A stretch of 64,000 nt of DNA from an uncultured Gemmatimonadales bacterium. Lineage in GTDB: Bacteria; Gemmatimonadota; Gemmatimonadetes; Longimicrobiales; RSA9. The notes below the pieces were generated by a model, which saw only the letters and a program-made list of their open reading frames with translations, ran no database searches and had not been told where the DNA came from. The DNA is taken from positions 1,024,001 to 1,088,000 of the forward strand of contig CAWCRS010000007.1 of assembly GCA_963798085.1 (NCBI GenBank). The letters run 5' to 3'. Below, piece by piece: positions 59,116-64,000 of the stretch (position 1 is its first letter; each line of letters starts with the position of its first letter). The position numbers were made by a program, and so were the translations under genes.

Positions 59116-60177
59116 TCAGTCGGGTGCGGCCTCGGCGGAGAGTCCTGCGATCTCGCGCTGCGCACGCGCCACCAGTGCCTGCTTCTCGTGCCAGCCGAGG
59201 AACGCGCTCTCGAAACCCATCAGCGCCATGCCGCACAGCTCCTGCCAGCTGAAGCCCAGGTGCTCGTGGGCGCGCCAGAATTCCTCGGTCACCGTGGTTC
59301 CGCTCATCAGCCGGTTGTCGGTGTTGAGCGTGGTCAGGATGCCGGCATCGTAGTAGCGCTTCACCGGGTGCGCAGCGAACGTCTCGGACACGCGCGTCTG
59401 CACGTTCGACGTGATGCAGATCTCGATGGGAACGCGGAAGTCGTTCACGTAGCGCATCAGCGCGTCGTCTTCGTACAGCCGCGTACCATGGCCGATGCGG
59501 TTGGCGCGACACTCGTGAATCGCTTCGCGGATGGACGCGGAGCCGAAGGCTTCGCCGGCGTGCACCGTAATGCCCAGGTTGGCCCTCGCCGCGAAGCGGA
59601 ACGCCTCGCGGTGTGCGGCCGGCGGATGGCCGCGCTCGGGGCCTGCCAGGTCGAACGCCACCACGCCGCGATCCTTGAAGTCCACTGCAACGCGCGCGAG
59701 TGCCAGCGAGTTCGCCACGCTCATGTGTCGCAGTGCGGCAATGATCACGTTCGTGCGTATGCCGGTCTCACGCTCGGCGCGGCGCAACCCGCCGAGCGCG
59801 GCATCGACGGCGCCGTGCATGGTCAGGCCGGAGCGGGCATTGAGCAGCGGGCAGAAGCGCGTCTCCATGTACCAGACGTTCTCCGCTGCATTGTCCACCG
59901 CCAGCTCGTAGGCAATGCGATCGATGGCCTCGGCTGTCTGCATCACGGCGAGCGTCGTGTCGAAGCGGGCGAGGTAGTCGACGAGATCGCGTGCGTCATC
60001 CACGCGCATCCACGCGGCCAGTGCTTCGGGATCATCCGTCGGCAGGGTTTGCCCTCTGGCCTGCGACAACTCGAGCAGCGTTTCCGGGCGCAGCGAGCCA
60101 TCGAGGTGCACGTGCAGCTCCGTCTTGGGCAGGCGACGGATGCGTTCGCGCGTGACCGTGTCGCTGGCTCGCTGCAT
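59116..60177 (-). CDS. add: Adenosine deaminase
   Basis: PKTELHVHLDGS, FDLAGPE, HAGE, RIGHG, NTDNR. Confidence 0.92.
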   Translation of the reverse strand: MQRASDTVTRERIRRLPKTELHVHLDGSLRPETLLELSQARGQTLPTDDPEALAAWMRVDDARDLVDYLARFDTTLAVMQTAEAIDRIAYELAVDNAAENVWYMETRFCPLLNARSGLTMHGAVDAALGGLRRAERETGIRTNVIIAALRHMSVANSLALARVAVDFKDRGVVAFDLAGPERGHPPAAHREAFRFAARANLGITVHAGEAFGSASIREAIHECRANRIGHGTRLYEDDALMRYVNDFRVPIEICITSNVQTRVSETFAAHPVKRYYDAGILTTLNTDNRLMSGTTVTEEFWRAHEHLGFSWQELCGMALMGFESAFLGWHEKQALVARAQREIAGLSAEAAPD

Positions 60178-60196
60178 GCCTCGAATCCGTGTCGGC

Positions 60197-62981
<2,785 letters not shown>

Positions 62982-63047
62982 GAATTCAGACCTCCACAGC
63001 GTGTCGGATGTGCCGCCGTGCGTCATCCGGCGGAACGCTGCCTTGCG

Positions 63048-64000
63048 CTAGCAGCGTGACGAAGCGGGCAGACCTTCTTCGATATCGACCAGCGGCGCCG
63101 GATAGCGACCCGAGAAGCAGGCATCGCAGAAGGGCCCGTGCTCGGCCACGGCCGCGTGCATTCCCTCGAGCGACAGATAACCGAGTGTTTCCACGTCCAG
63201 GTGGCGGCGGATTTCCTCGATGCTGAAGCGCGCGCCGATCAGCTCTTCCTTGGTGGGCATGTCAATGCCGTAGTAGCAGGGAGAGATGACGGGCGGACTG
63301 GCCACGCGGAAGTGCACTTCGCGCGCTCCTGCTTCGCGGATCATGGCGATGAGGCCGCGACTCGTGGTGCCGCGCACCAGCGAGTCATCGACCACGATCA
63401 CGCGCTGCCCGTCGATCACCTCGCGCACGGCGTTGTACTTGATGCGCACCGCGAAATCGCGACCCTTCTGTGTCGGATGGATGAAGGTGCGGCCCACGTA
63501 GTGATTGCGGATCAGTCCCAGCTCGAGGGGCACGCCGCTCTCCTCGCTGTAACCCAGTGCCGCCGAATTCGAGGAGTCGGGCACGCTGAACACGCAGTCC
63601 GCCTCCACCGGATGCTCGAGCGCCAGCCGCCTGCCGAACGCGCGCCGTGCGCGGTCCACGCTCACGCCCCAGACACGCGAGTCGGGTCGCGCGAAGTAGA
63701 CCAGCTCGAAGATGCAGGGTGCGGGCAGGGGCGCCGCCCCGAGACCCGGCAGGTTCGCGATCCCTTCCCCATCGAGGCGCACGATTTCGCCTGGCCCCGG
63801 CTCGCAGGTGTGGTGGGCGCCGATGAGGTCGAGCGCACAGGTCTCGCTGGCCACCACCCAGCCACCGCGCGCGCGCCCCATGACGAGCGGACGGAAACCC
63901 CATGGATCGCGCGCCACGTACAAGGTTTCGCCCACCGAGATGATCACGGAGAACGCGCCGATCAGCTGGGAGAGCGCGTCGCGGATCTGCGCTTCGATGG
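63048..64000 (-). CDS. purF: Amidophosphoribosyltransferase (5' truncated by window)
   Basis: RDPWGFRPL, CIFELVYFARPDS, VDDSLVRGTT, PCYYGIDMP, C.ACF. Confidence 0.95.
   Translation of the reverse strand, partial: IEAQIRDALSQLIGAFSVIISVGETLYVARDPWGFRPLVMGRARGGWVVASETCALDLIGAHHTCEPGPGEIVRLDGEGIANLPGLGAAPLPAPCIFELVYFARPDSRVWGVSVDRARRAFGRRLALEHPVEADCVFSVPDSSNSAALGYSEESGVPLELGLIRNHYVGRTFIHPTQKGRDFAVRIKYNAVREVIDGQRVIVVDDSLVRGTTSRGLIAMIREAGAREVHFRVASPPVISPCYYGIDMPTKEELIGARFSIEEIRRHLDVETLGYLSLEGMHAAVAEHGPFCDACFSGRYPAPLVDIEEGLPASSRC

Noticed and set aside
56684..59512. 942-aa antisense ORF and other long opposite-strand ORFs (e.g. 10405-12300, 26761-28896, 31832-33721)
   Set aside because: Shadow ORFs of high-GC codon usage opposite clear genes; no recognisable motifs.

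Overview
High-GC bacterial chromosomal segment, almost entirely core genome; protein features and gene order suggest Gemmatimonadota (inference, not tested). In order: the end of a chemosensory operon (TPR-cheR-cheD-cheB), a peptidase, tRNA-Val(TAC), a Fur-boxed lipoprotein + FTR1 iron permease pair, an amidohydrolase-patatin-methyltransferase-M1 peptidase-aminotransferase run, an SDR, a frameshifted TPR protein, the dcw cluster (mraZ to ftsZ, without murB/ddl) plus an M23 peptidase, ftsY, recG, a REC/degenerate HD-GYP regulator, asnS, mazG, alr-cdd-lipoprotein-beta-barrel-miaB, comEC, fbp, an Oar-type TonB-dependent receptor, add, ppdK and partial purF. No transposase, integrase, prophage or CRISPR array was seen. 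Most notable: (1) about ten normally conserved Asp residues read as Asn, always codon AAT in the context CAATG, suggesting a DNA-modification footprint at CGATG/CATCG; (2) a Fur-regulated two-gene iron-uptake unit whose lipoprotein is a stand-alone copy of a domain duplicated in the permease; (3) a REP-like repeat forming a 23-bp inverted pair between ftsA and ftsZ; (4) opposed G-tract blocks between convergent asnS and mazG. Three single-base insertions suggest an error-prone (long-read) assembly.
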